In this document: positions 48,968-57,962 of the stretch, one piece after another
Position numbering within the stretch: the stretch's first letter is position 1
Layout: each line of letters begins with the position of its first letter
Assembly (NCBI GenBank): GCA_016180235.1
Contig: JACPBQ010000002.1
Coordinates: 2,206-66,205, forward strand
Reading direction: 5' to 3'
Length of the DNA: 64,000 nucleotides
Source: Candidatus Woesearchaeota archaeon
GTDB taxonomy: Archaea > Nanobdellota > Nanobdellia > Woesearchaeales > GW2011-AR4
The notes under the pieces: model-generated
The model's database searches: none
What the model saw: only the letters and a program-made list of their open reading frames with translations
What the model was told of the DNA's origin: nothing
Made by a program: the position numbers and the translations under genes

Positions 48968-50164
48968 ATGCCAGCCTGCAAATCAGTTTATGAGCCAAGG
49001 GAAGACAGCACTATGCTGGAAAAGCATGTCAGAAAGCATGCTAACGGCCAGGTTTTGGACATGGGCACCGGCTCTGGGATACAGGCAATAACAGCCACTT
49101 ACAACAATAACGTAAAATCAGTAATAGCATTGGATATACAAGAAGAGGTTATTGAGCATTGCAAAAAAAACATTGTTAACGATAAAATAAGTTTTTTGAT
49201 TTCCGACTTGTTTGAAATATTTAAAAAAAACAAATCATTGAAAAATAAAAGGTTTGACACAATAATTTTCAACCCCCCTTACCTACCGGAAGACATCAAG
49301 CTGAAAGACCTGACATTGGACGGGGGAAAAAAAGGCTATGAGGTCATTGAAAGATTCATAAACAATGCAGGCAATTATCTAAAAAAAGACGGGATAATCC
49401 TTATTGTTTTCTCTTCCCTGACAAAAAAGGATAAAGTTGAGGAATTCATAAGAAACAACTTGTTTGAATTTGAATTATTGGAAAAAAAGGTTTATTTCTT
49501 CGAGCAATTGTACGTTTACAAGCTAAAAAAATCAGACATATCAAAAAAATTAGACAGCAATGGCATAAAAAATATAAGGTATTTCTCAAAAGGAAAACGA
49601 GGATTCATATTCACAGGCACTTTAAAAAACAAAAAAATTGCAGTTAAGATAAAAAACCCAAAAAGCGATGCAGTTTTAAGGATAGAAAACGAGATAAAAT
49701 TCCTGAAATTGCTGAATAAAAAGAAAATCGGGCCTAAATTATTGTTTTCTGGCAATGATTTTCTTGCTTATGAATTTGCTGATGGCGTTGCATTTATAGA
49801 TTTCTTGGAAAACAAAAAAAATGATAAAAAAATAGCATTAAGGATAATAAAAAGCATTTTTGGGCAATTATTTGAGATGGATAAGCTAAAAATCAACAAA
49901 GAGGAGATGTCGCATCCGCAAAAGCATATTATCATAAGCAATAAAAACAGGCCCGTATTACTGGACTTCGAGAGAGCCCATCATGTTAAGAATCCCGGCA
50001 ATGTCACCCAGTTTTGCGATTTTTTGATATCGAAAAAAATAGCGAATATGCTGAAAAAGGGCAATATTGGGATAAATAGGGTGAAAATGATAAAAGCTGC
50101 TAAAAAATACAAGAAAAATCAGAATAAAGTAAACTTTATGAATATTATTAAGGAGCTAAGATGA
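48968..50164 (+). CDS. HemK2/Mtq2-like methyltransferase fused to a protein-kinase-like domain
   Basis: VYEPREDS, LDMGTGSG, FNPPYLP; C-terminal half GKRG.IF, IAVK, LLDFE. Start moved to ATG 48968 because the upstream extension overlaps the tRNA. Confidence 0.82.
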   Translation: MPACKSVYEPREDSTMLEKHVRKHANGQVLDMGTGSGIQAITATYNNNVKSVIALDIQEEVIEHCKKNIVNDKISFLISDLFEIFKKNKSLKNKRFDTIIFNPPYLPEDIKLKDLTLDGGKKGYEVIERFINNAGNYLKKDGIILIVFSSLTKKDKVEEFIRNNLFEFELLEKKVYFFEQLYVYKLKKSDISKKLDSNGIKNIRYFSKGKRGFIFTGTLKNKKIAVKIKNPKSDAVLRIENEIKFLKLLNKKKIGPKLLFSGNDFLAYEFADGVAFIDFLENKKNDKKIALRIIKSIFGQLFEMDKLKINKEEMSHPQKHIIISNKNRPVLLDFERAHHVKNPGNVTQFCDFLISKKIANMLKKGNIGINRVKMIKAAKKYKKNQNKVNFMNIIKELR

Positions 50165-50583
50165 TTAAAAAAGCTGTTTTAGTGGGGATTGTTGCCATAA
50201 CTTTCGCTGCGCTTGCTTCAGATACCGCAATAAGCCTAAACAACTGTGCTGAATATCGCTATCAGGATGGAAATGAGCAGCAAGCCCAAAAATTTGTTGG
50301 AGGCAAATGCTTTTACTATTATGCAAATGATTCTAAACAAGAATTATTGATTTATGAGCCTCAACAAAAGCAGCAGAACATAGGAACTCTAACCGAAATT
50401 GTGCTGGATAACCTGACTGGGCAGATTGATATTAGCAGGCATGCTGTCAAAGACCTTAGAAACGGGCCGCATCCAGATGACGCCAATTATGAGTTTATTC
50501 ATGAAATTCCAATTGGTGCAAATGAAAAAAGTCTTTTTATCCAGTTGTTCCAAATGTATTTAAAGAAACTCAGCCTCATCTAA
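50161..50583 (+). CDS. Secreted hypothetical protein
   Basis: Signal-peptide-like N-terminus. Confidence 0.55.
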   Translation: MIKKAVLVGIVAITFAALASDTAISLNNCAEYRYQDGNEQQAQKFVGGKCFYYYANDSKQELLIYEPQQKQQNIGTLTEIVLDNLTGQIDISRHAVKDLRNGPHPDDANYEFIHEIPIGANEKSLFIQLFQMYLKKLSLI

Positions 50584-50599
50584 AGAGCAGAAGCATAAA

Positions 50600-50905
50600 A
50601 TGCCGACAAAATTCCAAAACAAGGTTTATGAACTGTGCAAAAAAGTGCCAAAAGGAAAGGTTACAACCTATAAGGCGATAGCACAAGCAATGAACTCGAA
50701 GGCATACAGGGCAGTAGGGCAGGCATTAAATAAAAACCCCTATGCTCCCAAAGTCCCATGTCATCGTGTAGTCAATTCTCAGGGCCATTTGCATGGTTTT
50801 GCCCATGGATTAAAAAAGAAAGCCGAGATGTTGAGGAAGGAAGGGATTAAAATCAAAAATAATAAAATTATTGATAAAAAAACAATAATAAGAAAAATAA
50901 AATAA
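50600..50905 (+). CDS. ogt: O6-methylguanine-DNA methyltransferase family (DNA-binding domain only)
   Basis: VPKGKVTTY, RAVGQAL..NP, active-site PCHRVV. Confidence 0.88.
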   Translation: MPTKFQNKVYELCKKVPKGKVTTYKAIAQAMNSKAYRAVGQALNKNPYAPKVPCHRVVNSQGHLHGFAHGLKKKAEMLRKEGIKIKNNKIIDKKTIIRKIK

Positions 50906-50910
50906 AGAGA

Positions 50911-51840
50911 TTACTTCCTCTTCTTCCCTTTCTTCTTTTTCTTGATTTCCTTGTCCAGATCAAGCTCGTCAAGAAGTTCCTTATAGCGGTTCCTGATTGT
51001 GACTTCTGTAACTCCGGCTACATCAGCAACTTCCCTTTGGGTTCTTTTCTCCCCGTGCAATAAGGCAGATACATACAAAGCGGCAGCCGCAATACCGGTA
51101 GGGCCTCTTCCTGAAGTCAACTCAGCTTTTTGGGCCTTTTCAAGAATTTCAATTGCATTGCTTTGTGACTCTGCACTCAATTTCAGGCTTGAAGCGAACC
51201 TTGCTATGTAATCAGCCGGGTTTGAAGGCAAAATTGTAATTCCTAGCTCTCTTGTGACAAACCTGTAAGTCCTTCCGATTTCTTTCTTCTCAATCCCGGA
51301 AGCCTCTGAAAGCTCATCTAAAGTACGAGGAACATCATGCCTTCTGCAGGCAGCATATAAAGCCCCCGCAACTACAGATTCCATGCTCCTTCCCCTCACC
51401 AAGCCTCTTTGAACAGCTAAAGTGTAAATTCTTGCTGATTCCTCTTCAACAGATTTAGGCAATTTAAGGTAAGAGCTTACCCTCTTAAGCTCAGCTAAAG
51501 CCAGTTTCAGGTTTCTTTCTATTGCTGTAGAAATCCTGTACTGCCATTTCCTTAATCTGAAGAATTTGTTCCTCTCTTTCCCGCCTAATTTAAACAAATC
51601 AGCTTTCTGGCCAACTTCTGTGCCTAAGCCATGATCATACTGGGTGTAAGTCATAGGGGCTCCTGCCCTTCTCCTTGCTTCTCCGCCTTCAGAATCAAAC
51701 TCGCGCCATTCCTGCGTGAAGTCAACCATCTTCTCTTCTATGACTAGGCCGCAATCTTTGCAGATTATCTCCCCGCGCTCCTTGTTCCAGTTAAGGTTTA
51801 TTCCGCCGCATTCAGGGCATTTCTTGACTAATTCTGGCAT
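50911..51840 (-). CDS. tfb: Transcription initiation factor IIB
   Basis: Zn ribbon CPECG...CKDCG, EWREF, GRS, GRGP.G.AAA, TIRNRYKEL. Confidence 0.97.
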   Translation of the reverse strand: MPELVKKCPECGGINLNWNKERGEIICKDCGLVIEEKMVDFTQEWREFDSEGGEARRRAGAPMTYTQYDHGLGTEVGQKADLFKLGGKERNKFFRLRKWQYRISTAIERNLKLALAELKRVSSYLKLPKSVEEESARIYTLAVQRGLVRGRSMESVVAGALYAACRRHDVPRTLDELSEASGIEKKEIGRTYRFVTRELGITILPSNPADYIARFASSLKLSAESQSNAIEILEKAQKAELTSGRGPTGIAAAALYVSALLHGEKRTQREVADVAGVTEVTIRNRYKELLDELDLDKEIKKKKKGKKRK

Positions 51841-52019
51841 TTTAACCTCCGATAACTATGCTTATTTTTATCATAAATTTAATATACATCCACCCCTTTA
51901 GACAAATTAATTATGTAATATAGTAATCAAAGCATAACAATATTTATAAAGAGTAAACGCCATTACTATATAAACCTTTCGATTACTATATAAAAATCGC
52001 CAAAAAACAAAGCCTTATC

Positions 52020-52202
52020 ATGATGAAAGACTCAATTCCAAAGGATTTGTTCGATATTCTGGCCTGTCCGCTCTGCAGAGCTGATTTAAGGTATTCCAAA
52101 GACAAAAAACAGCTTATCTGTGTCAAATGCAGCCAGAAATACCCAATAAAGGAAGGAATACCCCTCTTATTGCCCCCTAAACAGGCAAAAGGGAATAAAT
52201 AG
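52020..52202 (+). CDS. Trm112-family protein
   Basis: ILACPLCRADL...LICVKCSQKYPIKEGIPLLL. Confidence 0.88.
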   Translation: MMKDSIPKDLFDILACPLCRADLRYSKDKKQLICVKCSQKYPIKEGIPLLLPPKQAKGNK

Positions 52203-52293
52203 GGATTTAATTCTGGGATTTTATATTCTTGAAGTTGATTTGGTATATTATGCGAAAACTATTTAATCGGCCGTAATTTTATACTCTTTTTAT

Positions 52294-52513
52294 GCCGACG
52301 TCGCATAACCTGGCATTGCGGTGGCCTTGAGAGCCACTTCCCGTAAGGGTATCTCGGTCAGCTTTTTTGCTTGCGCAAAAAACCTGGGAAAAACAGGGAA
52401 TTCCTCGTTTTTGCCCGGAATTCAAATTGCAGAGTAAGCAAATAGCTGGAGAAATTCAAATATCCCAGAGGGCAGCTAAAATCCCTCGGGATTTGGGAGT
52501 CCGGGCGTCGGCG
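52294..52513 (+). tRNA. tRNA-Ser(TGA) with two introns (53/54, 97 nt; 59/60, 39 nt)
   Basis: GCCGACG/CGTCGGC acceptor stem, GTGGC-CTTGAGA-GCCAC anticodon arm, long variable arm, G discriminator. BHB introns at 52358-52454 and 52461-52499. Confidence 0.92.
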
Positions 52514-52735
52514 TCATTACTTTTAGTAGTTATAAATCTTAAATAATTTTAATTGCCATATCTTTAGAATTAAAGGTATAATCAAATTTCGACAACTAAC
52601 TTCTCATTCTTATGCTTGCTTCTAAAATGAGCTTCCAATGACTTAACATACTTTCTGCAATAAGGGCATTTGCCTTCTGTAGAGGGATCATTCAGCTTAG
52701 CAGGATTATGCCACCCTCTTTTTGCTCTTATCATC

Positions 52736-53812
52736 TTAATTCTGCTTCCTCTTGAATAAAAATACTGAAAGCAGTATTATAATTATCACAAGCAGAATCT
52801 CTCCAGCGATCAATGCAATAACAAACTCGTCAGTCTCAAAAAATGATGGTTCTTTGGTTTGAGTTAAAATTGGAGTGGTTACAGGCTGGGTTGTTCCTGG
52901 TGTAGTTTGTTGAGTTGGCTGCACTACAACAACCTCATCTTTTGGCTCTGCTTCTTCATGTTCCTCTTCCTCTTTCAGTTGACAAGTCCCCACAACCAGA
53001 TCAACGGTATCTGTCTTCACACTCCTTCCGTTTTCGTAGGTAACGCGTGATTGTATTGAGTAAACTTCCGGAGGAACATCAGTTGGTACTGCATATGTAA
53101 ACGTTTTGCTGAACTTGCTGTCAGAATCAAACGGGTCATTGCTTAAATCAAATGTTTCCCTGAAATTTATTCCCAGTTCTGCATTAGTCACTTCAAGCAC
53201 AGCCTCATCTTCATCATCCCTGCCGGTGTTAATAACAGCAGTTGATAATTGCACTGTTCTGCTACATTGGATTTCTGAGGGAGTTACTGCATTTCTTGTA
53301 AACCTGATTTCATGCTTTTCCTTTTCTACTTCAAGCTCCAATTCGTAAATAACCTTATGTATGGTCCTGTTTTCATCTCTTCCCTCAACTTCAATTAAAA
53401 CATCAAAAGTATCATCTTCAACTTCAAGCGGTATTTTAAATTCTAAATTTACTTTCTTATCTTTTCCAGCTTTTAAATCGAACTCTTTTGCCTCTTCATC
53501 CAGCTCATCCCCATCGTCTATGTCATCTATAGTTACAACAACTTCAATGTCCTCTATTTCCAAACCTTTGTCATCAGTAAAATTATTTTTTACTTCTATT
53601 CTAAATTCAACAGTAGAGCCAGGTTTTGCCTCTCGTTTTATTCTGTCTCCAAAATCAATGTTATTATGGCTGCTTCCATCTACCTTTACATCAACATCGG
53701 TTATCAGCAATTTTCCGCCGCTGATTATCTCGCCATCTTCATTAACAGCCATTGCTAAAGGCATCATTAGAAAAAATATGCAAATTCGAAGTATAGAGTT
53801 TAATTTTTTCAT
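52736..53812 (-). CDS. Secreted acidic Ig-like/S-layer-associated protein with C-terminal TM anchor
   Basis: Signal peptide, D/E-rich beta-type body, T/P-rich linker, TM plus basic tail. Confidence 0.72.
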   Translation of the reverse strand: MKKLNSILRICIFFLMMPLAMAVNEDGEIISGGKLLITDVDVKVDGSSHNNIDFGDRIKREAKPGSTVEFRIEVKNNFTDDKGLEIEDIEVVVTIDDIDDGDELDEEAKEFDLKAGKDKKVNLEFKIPLEVEDDTFDVLIEVEGRDENRTIHKVIYELELEVEKEKHEIRFTRNAVTPSEIQCSRTVQLSTAVINTGRDDEDEAVLEVTNAELGINFRETFDLSNDPFDSDSKFSKTFTYAVPTDVPPEVYSIQSRVTYENGRSVKTDTVDLVVGTCQLKEEEEHEEAEPKDEVVVVQPTQQTTPGTTQPVTTPILTQTKEPSFFETDEFVIALIAGEILLVIIIILLSVFLFKRKQN

Positions 53813-53819
53813 TGCCCCA

Positions 53820-54154
53820 TTATTTTTCCTTGAATTCCATCATGTTATCATTGAGATCGCAAATCAAAAACCTCTCAAAAAAATCACTATAGTCTGTCTC
53901 TTCTGAAGGTTTTTTTGGCTTGACCATTTGCACCACTATTTTTTTCAGCAGTCTTTTTGATGATTATCTTTCCATCCTTGTCAAAACCCCAGTATTTTAT
54001 GTCTGGAATTGACGGCCTGTTATAATCGGCATCTTTCTCTTTCATTGAGTTATTAGCCCCATTATTCCTTTTTTAATCTTTCAATAAGCTCCCAATATTC
54101 CGGGCCAAAGGCTTGCTTTATCAGCTCGTTTTCAATATCCTGAGCAGTTACCAT
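53820..54154 (-). CDS. Three micro-ORFs (54062-54154, 53887-54045, 53820-53927)
   Basis: Manual translation gives 30, 52 and 35 aa tiling the gap; two have GGTG-type SDs. Confidence 0.4.
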
Positions 54155-54172
54155 GCAAACCACCACGAATGA

Positions 54173-56707
54173 TTATTTTTCTGTTGCCCCTATGCCTGCT
54201 TTCAGCATTGATTCTGCGACAATTAATGTACTATCTGTTTGCTTGACTTCTGCTGCATTACCTTTCAAGTCATCCTTATAGTGAAGATGATTGGCAATTA
54301 CCTGTGCTACGTTTCTTGTGTCCTCTTTTGTGTAGCCAGCTACCAGCATAGCTACATTGCCGTCATTCTCATACAGCTCAATCCTTCCAACTCCTGGCTC
54401 AAACCCTAAAGTGCAGTCTTCAGGATTTCCCAATAGCTCTGCAGTTGCAACATTAGCGCATGGTCCTCCAACAAGTATTGCATTTATTTCCCTAATGTTT
54501 TTGACTTCGGATGCCAGTTTAGTTGCGCCAACATCGATTCTTTGTATTTTTACTGCTCCACCTACTGCTTTTTCAGTTTCAGTAAAAGTCGCTTTAGACT
54601 CTGTTATGTAAACTAAAGGGACTCTCTGGCTTTGAGGATATTCTATAGACACTTCTTGAGGAGCGTTGCTTGGAGTGCTTCTTTTCGCATAAGCTCCGTA
54701 GCTGCTGTATGCATATTCATTCCTATCATCATCGTCAGGCGTGATGAAGTTATGGTTCTGGCTTGGGTCTAAAGACAATCTTGCCTCTCCTCCAGTTGCA
54801 TTCAAATTAAAAATAAACGAGGTTGGCGCCAAATCATCATAGTGGTTGCTGTTCGGGGTTCCAATTAAAACTGTAACACCCTGAGATGAAGAATTTTCTA
54901 TAGAGATATTTGTGCCGTACTGCGTGTTTAAGGAAACCACGTTAGAGCCTATTGTGTTGTCACCATTTATATCAACAAGTATATCAAAATCATTGGACCC
55001 TATTGAAGATGCATTGTATACCTTAAATGTCCTTCCACCCAGCTTAATCTGTGATATCTCAAACAAATCCTGCCCATCAGGGCCAACTACTCCGCTTAGC
55101 ACAGAGCCAACAGAAATTGGCCTTTCAATCCTATCCCCGCTTCCAAGCTCATCAAACTTGATTATAGGGCTGTCTGATGTTATTTTATCCGCTCCCCTAT
55201 AGCGCAAAGCAAAGCTTGACCTTTCCCCATTCTTGTCAGTTTCATCAGTTAAAATAAAATAGTCGTCTTTTGTTATTGTTTTGTTTTCCTGGACAATAAG
55301 ATCATCGTCATTGTCGCCAAATCTTATAGTGCTGCCTGAGACAGCATGCATAATTGGCAATTTTGCCCTGTTCCCGTTCTTATCTACAAATTCCAATATG
55401 TAATCATCTGAGCCAGAGGCTTTTATCGCAATCTCCTGGGTTTTAGGGCTGCTTAATCCCTGATATGATACATCCCAGTTAGAAGTAAAAAGCAGATCTT
55501 TTTGGTCAATAACATTGCTTAGATTTCCCCCTTTTGGGACATAGTAATTGTCATCAGCCGTCATATTTATTCCTATTCTGTCAATTTTAAATATTGAATT
55601 GTCATCGCTGCCTTCTATCGTTACATGAGCGCCATCTATAGTCTTTTCATTGACTTTTAGCTCATGGCTGCTTGAGCTGTCAGTTATGTCTGTATCTTTT
55701 AATTCAAGCTTTTGCGCTCCCAGGAAAAATGAGGCCATGTGCACGCCTCCGGCATAATCCTGGTAAAGGATTTCAGTAACTCCGATTATTGTTCCATCTG
55801 AAAGCTTGCCTGTTTCGCCATCTCTAAGCAGCCTTGTTGATTCGCCATTTACCAAAAATTTTGCATTTGTAGAATCTACAAATTCAAGCGTTACCTCAAA
55901 ATCTTGGCCATTGAATGTGTATGTTTTTGTATCGCCCTCTACCAAAGAATCCTTTATTGGCCCTGTCATCAGGCCCAGCAATATCTGGCCTTGGTTTGCG
56001 CCATTCCTTGTAGCTTGCACTATTGTGTATTTCTTTCCTAATATTGTTATGTCTACATCTTCAAAATCAGAAAGGAAATTTCCCGTAGTTGAGGATCTTC
56101 CATTTATGTCATCCACATCGCTCTCTAAAGCAGAAGTAAATTCCAGCTCGTATCTTACAATCTGCTTTCCAGATTGAAAGTATAGAAAATCAGCAGTTAC
56201 GTCGGTGTCATCTTCCAATAGCTGCACAAATCCTGTTGTAGCATCCTCAAAATATAATCTTTGGTCATAGGCTGCGCTGCCCTTGGTGTTCCTGGTTTTT
56301 CCCTTTTCCAATAATACTTCCAGTTCAGCGTCATCAATAAAAGAGTTGCTGGTTATAGTAGCAATAGATTCCTTGTTTGTGCCGGATTTTAAGTTCTCAG
56401 CCAATTCCAAAATTTTTGTTGAGGTGCCAACTTTCCAAGCATCGCCTTCTAAAACGGTCTCTGTTTCTGTTGCAACAGGTGTTGTTGCGGCAAACTGCAA
56501 GCTTGCAGCTATGTCACTTGCGCCTATAACATCCTCTGCCGCAGCCCTGTCTCCTACAACCAGAACGCCATTAAATTTTCCATCCTTTATGAATGGAGCC
56601 GGGTAATTGACCAAATCAGTTGCTACCGCTCCAGTGATTGTAGCGCCTACCATGCTGGCTCCAATTCCCAGAGCCATTATCTTATTCACAATTTTTCTGA
56701 TTTTCAT
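54173..56707 (-). CDS. S-layer protein
   Basis: KIMALGIGASMVGAT...YPAPF...VVGDRAAAEDV N-terminus and ILVGGPCAN...LVAGY C-terminus of archaeal S-layer proteins; GAGGTG SD. Confidence 0.85.
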   Translation of the reverse strand: MKIRKIVNKIMALGIGASMVGATITGAVATDLVNYPAPFIKDGKFNGVLVVGDRAAAEDVIGASDIAASLQFAATTPVATETETVLEGDAWKVGTSTKILELAENLKSGTNKESIATITSNSFIDDAELEVLLEKGKTRNTKGSAAYDQRLYFEDATTGFVQLLEDDTDVTADFLYFQSGKQIVRYELEFTSALESDVDDINGRSSTTGNFLSDFEDVDITILGKKYTIVQATRNGANQGQILLGLMTGPIKDSLVEGDTKTYTFNGQDFEVTLEFVDSTNAKFLVNGESTRLLRDGETGKLSDGTIIGVTEILYQDYAGGVHMASFFLGAQKLELKDTDITDSSSSHELKVNEKTIDGAHVTIEGSDDNSIFKIDRIGINMTADDNYYVPKGGNLSNVIDQKDLLFTSNWDVSYQGLSSPKTQEIAIKASGSDDYILEFVDKNGNRAKLPIMHAVSGSTIRFGDNDDDLIVQENKTITKDDYFILTDETDKNGERSSFALRYRGADKITSDSPIIKFDELGSGDRIERPISVGSVLSGVVGPDGQDLFEISQIKLGGRTFKVYNASSIGSNDFDILVDINGDNTIGSNVVSLNTQYGTNISIENSSSQGVTVLIGTPNSNHYDDLAPTSFIFNLNATGGEARLSLDPSQNHNFITPDDDDRNEYAYSSYGAYAKRSTPSNAPQEVSIEYPQSQRVPLVYITESKATFTETEKAVGGAVKIQRIDVGATKLASEVKNIREINAILVGGPCANVATAELLGNPEDCTLGFEPGVGRIELYENDGNVAMLVAGYTKEDTRNVAQVIANHLHYKDDLKGNAAEVKQTDSTLIVAESMLKAGIGATEK

Positions 56708-56854
56708 CTTATGTCACCTCGTGTTCGTTTTGTTCGATATTTCTCCGAAATTTGTTAGAATCAGTATAGTAAAGGTCTTATAAATCCATTATTAAGGGTA
56801 GATATATAGGTACCCTTAATAAAGCTTAAAAAGGGGAAATCACTCTAATAAAGG

Positions 56855-57556
56855 ATGTTCAACCCTATAAAAGAGCCAAATTTTTTTTTCGGCTTAGATA
56901 CAGCTACAGTCCCTGCATGGTTCAAAGGGCTGGATGGAGCAATTCAGTTAACAGTAGCAATAATTGCACTAGTATTGGCAATATACACTTTTAAGATATA
57001 CAAAATATCCGGGAAAAAAAAACCATTCTATTTCGGCACAGGATTTATTTTTGTTTCTCTGTCCTATTTCGTGTGGGCAGTCCTCAACATGGCCATTATT
57101 ATCAACATAAGCAGGTACCTTTGCAGAGAAACCCATATATGCATTGTCGACATTCTGACTGATATATCCATCTATATTCATATGGCTTTACTTATGGTTG
57201 GATTGCTTCTAATAAGCTTCTCCACTTTTAAAAAAAGAAACAAGGAAACGTACATTCTTGCTTTTTTCATAATAGCTTTGGTCTTGGCACTCAGCAAGCA
57301 GACCCTTATGTTTTTTTATTCGTTTTCCTCCCTGCTTCTGCTCTATTTAGTTATACATTATGTCCGCAACTATTTCAAGCATAAGAATACCAAGACTTTA
57401 GTTGTTGGTTCGGCATTTTTATTGCTGTCAATAGCAAACCTGGAATTGGTCTTTGGTCTTACTGACGGGTTTGATTATACCATCGGCAATATCCTCACCC
57501 TTTTGGCTTTTCTTCTGATAATACTGAATTTTGTCTATATACTGATGAAAAAATAA
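56855..57556 (+). CDS. Multi-pass membrane protein (about 7 TM)
   Basis: Seven hydrophobic segments; divergent from the S-layer gene. Confidence 0.7.
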   Translation: MFNPIKEPNFFFGLDTATVPAWFKGLDGAIQLTVAIIALVLAIYTFKIYKISGKKKPFYFGTGFIFVSLSYFVWAVLNMAIIINISRYLCRETHICIVDILTDISIYIHMALLMVGLLLISFSTFKKRNKETYILAFFIIALVLALSKQTLMFFYSFSSLLLLYLVIHYVRNYFKHKNTKTLVVGSAFLLLSIANLELVFGLTDGFDYTIGNILTLLAFLLIILNFVYILMKK

Positions 57557-57610
57557 GTTCTAGACTGAAAATAACAAACAATAAATAACTCAAAAGCCCC
57601 TAATGCGAAA

Positions 57611-57886
57611 ATGAGCAAAAAAAGAGATCGTATACAAGTCATTTATGACATTTTAAACGCAGTAAAGGAAAAGGATGGCAAGATTAAGCCTACAAACATA
57701 CTTTATAAGGCAAACTTATCACCACAGATGCTTAACGAGTATCTAAAGGAACTAATAGGAAAAGGGTTAATAAAGGAAAACAATGCAAAAGATGGTAAAA
57801 CCTATTCCCTGGAAAACAAGGGGTTTGAGTTTTTGTCTAAATACAAGACTATAGTGGATTTTCTGGAAACGTTCGGGCTGAACTAA
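57611..57886 (+). CDS. Winged-helix transcriptional regulator
   Basis: RDRIQVIYDIL...PTNILYKANLS...YLKEL...KG...Y....KG.EFL archaeal wHTH pattern. Confidence 0.85.
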   Translation: MSKKRDRIQVIYDILNAVKEKDGKIKPTNILYKANLSPQMLNEYLKELIGKGLIKENNAKDGKTYSLENKGFEFLSKYKTIVDFLETFGLN

Positions 57887-57962
57887 AAAGAAAATTAAGA
57901 AACATCAATAAAATCCATTTTCAGAAATTATCGCAAAAGCGTATGATGCTGGGCGTCGGCGT

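Larger units (their letters stand above)
52503..57962. mobile_element. Putative tRNA-Ser-anchored genomic islet
   Basis: GGGCGTCGGCGT (tRNA-Ser 3' end, 52503-52514) is repeated directly at 57951-57962; no integrase inside. Confidence 0.5.

Noticed and set aside
48777..49091. ORFs 48777-48998 and 48831-49091, and the 48926 start
   Set aside because: They overlap the intron-containing tRNA-Ala.
52412..52430. CCCGGAATTCAAAT as the true T arm of tRNA-Ser
   Set aside because: The CTCGG...TTCAAA-T-CCGGG assignment gives normal arm lengths and perfect BHB motifs; the internal site does not.
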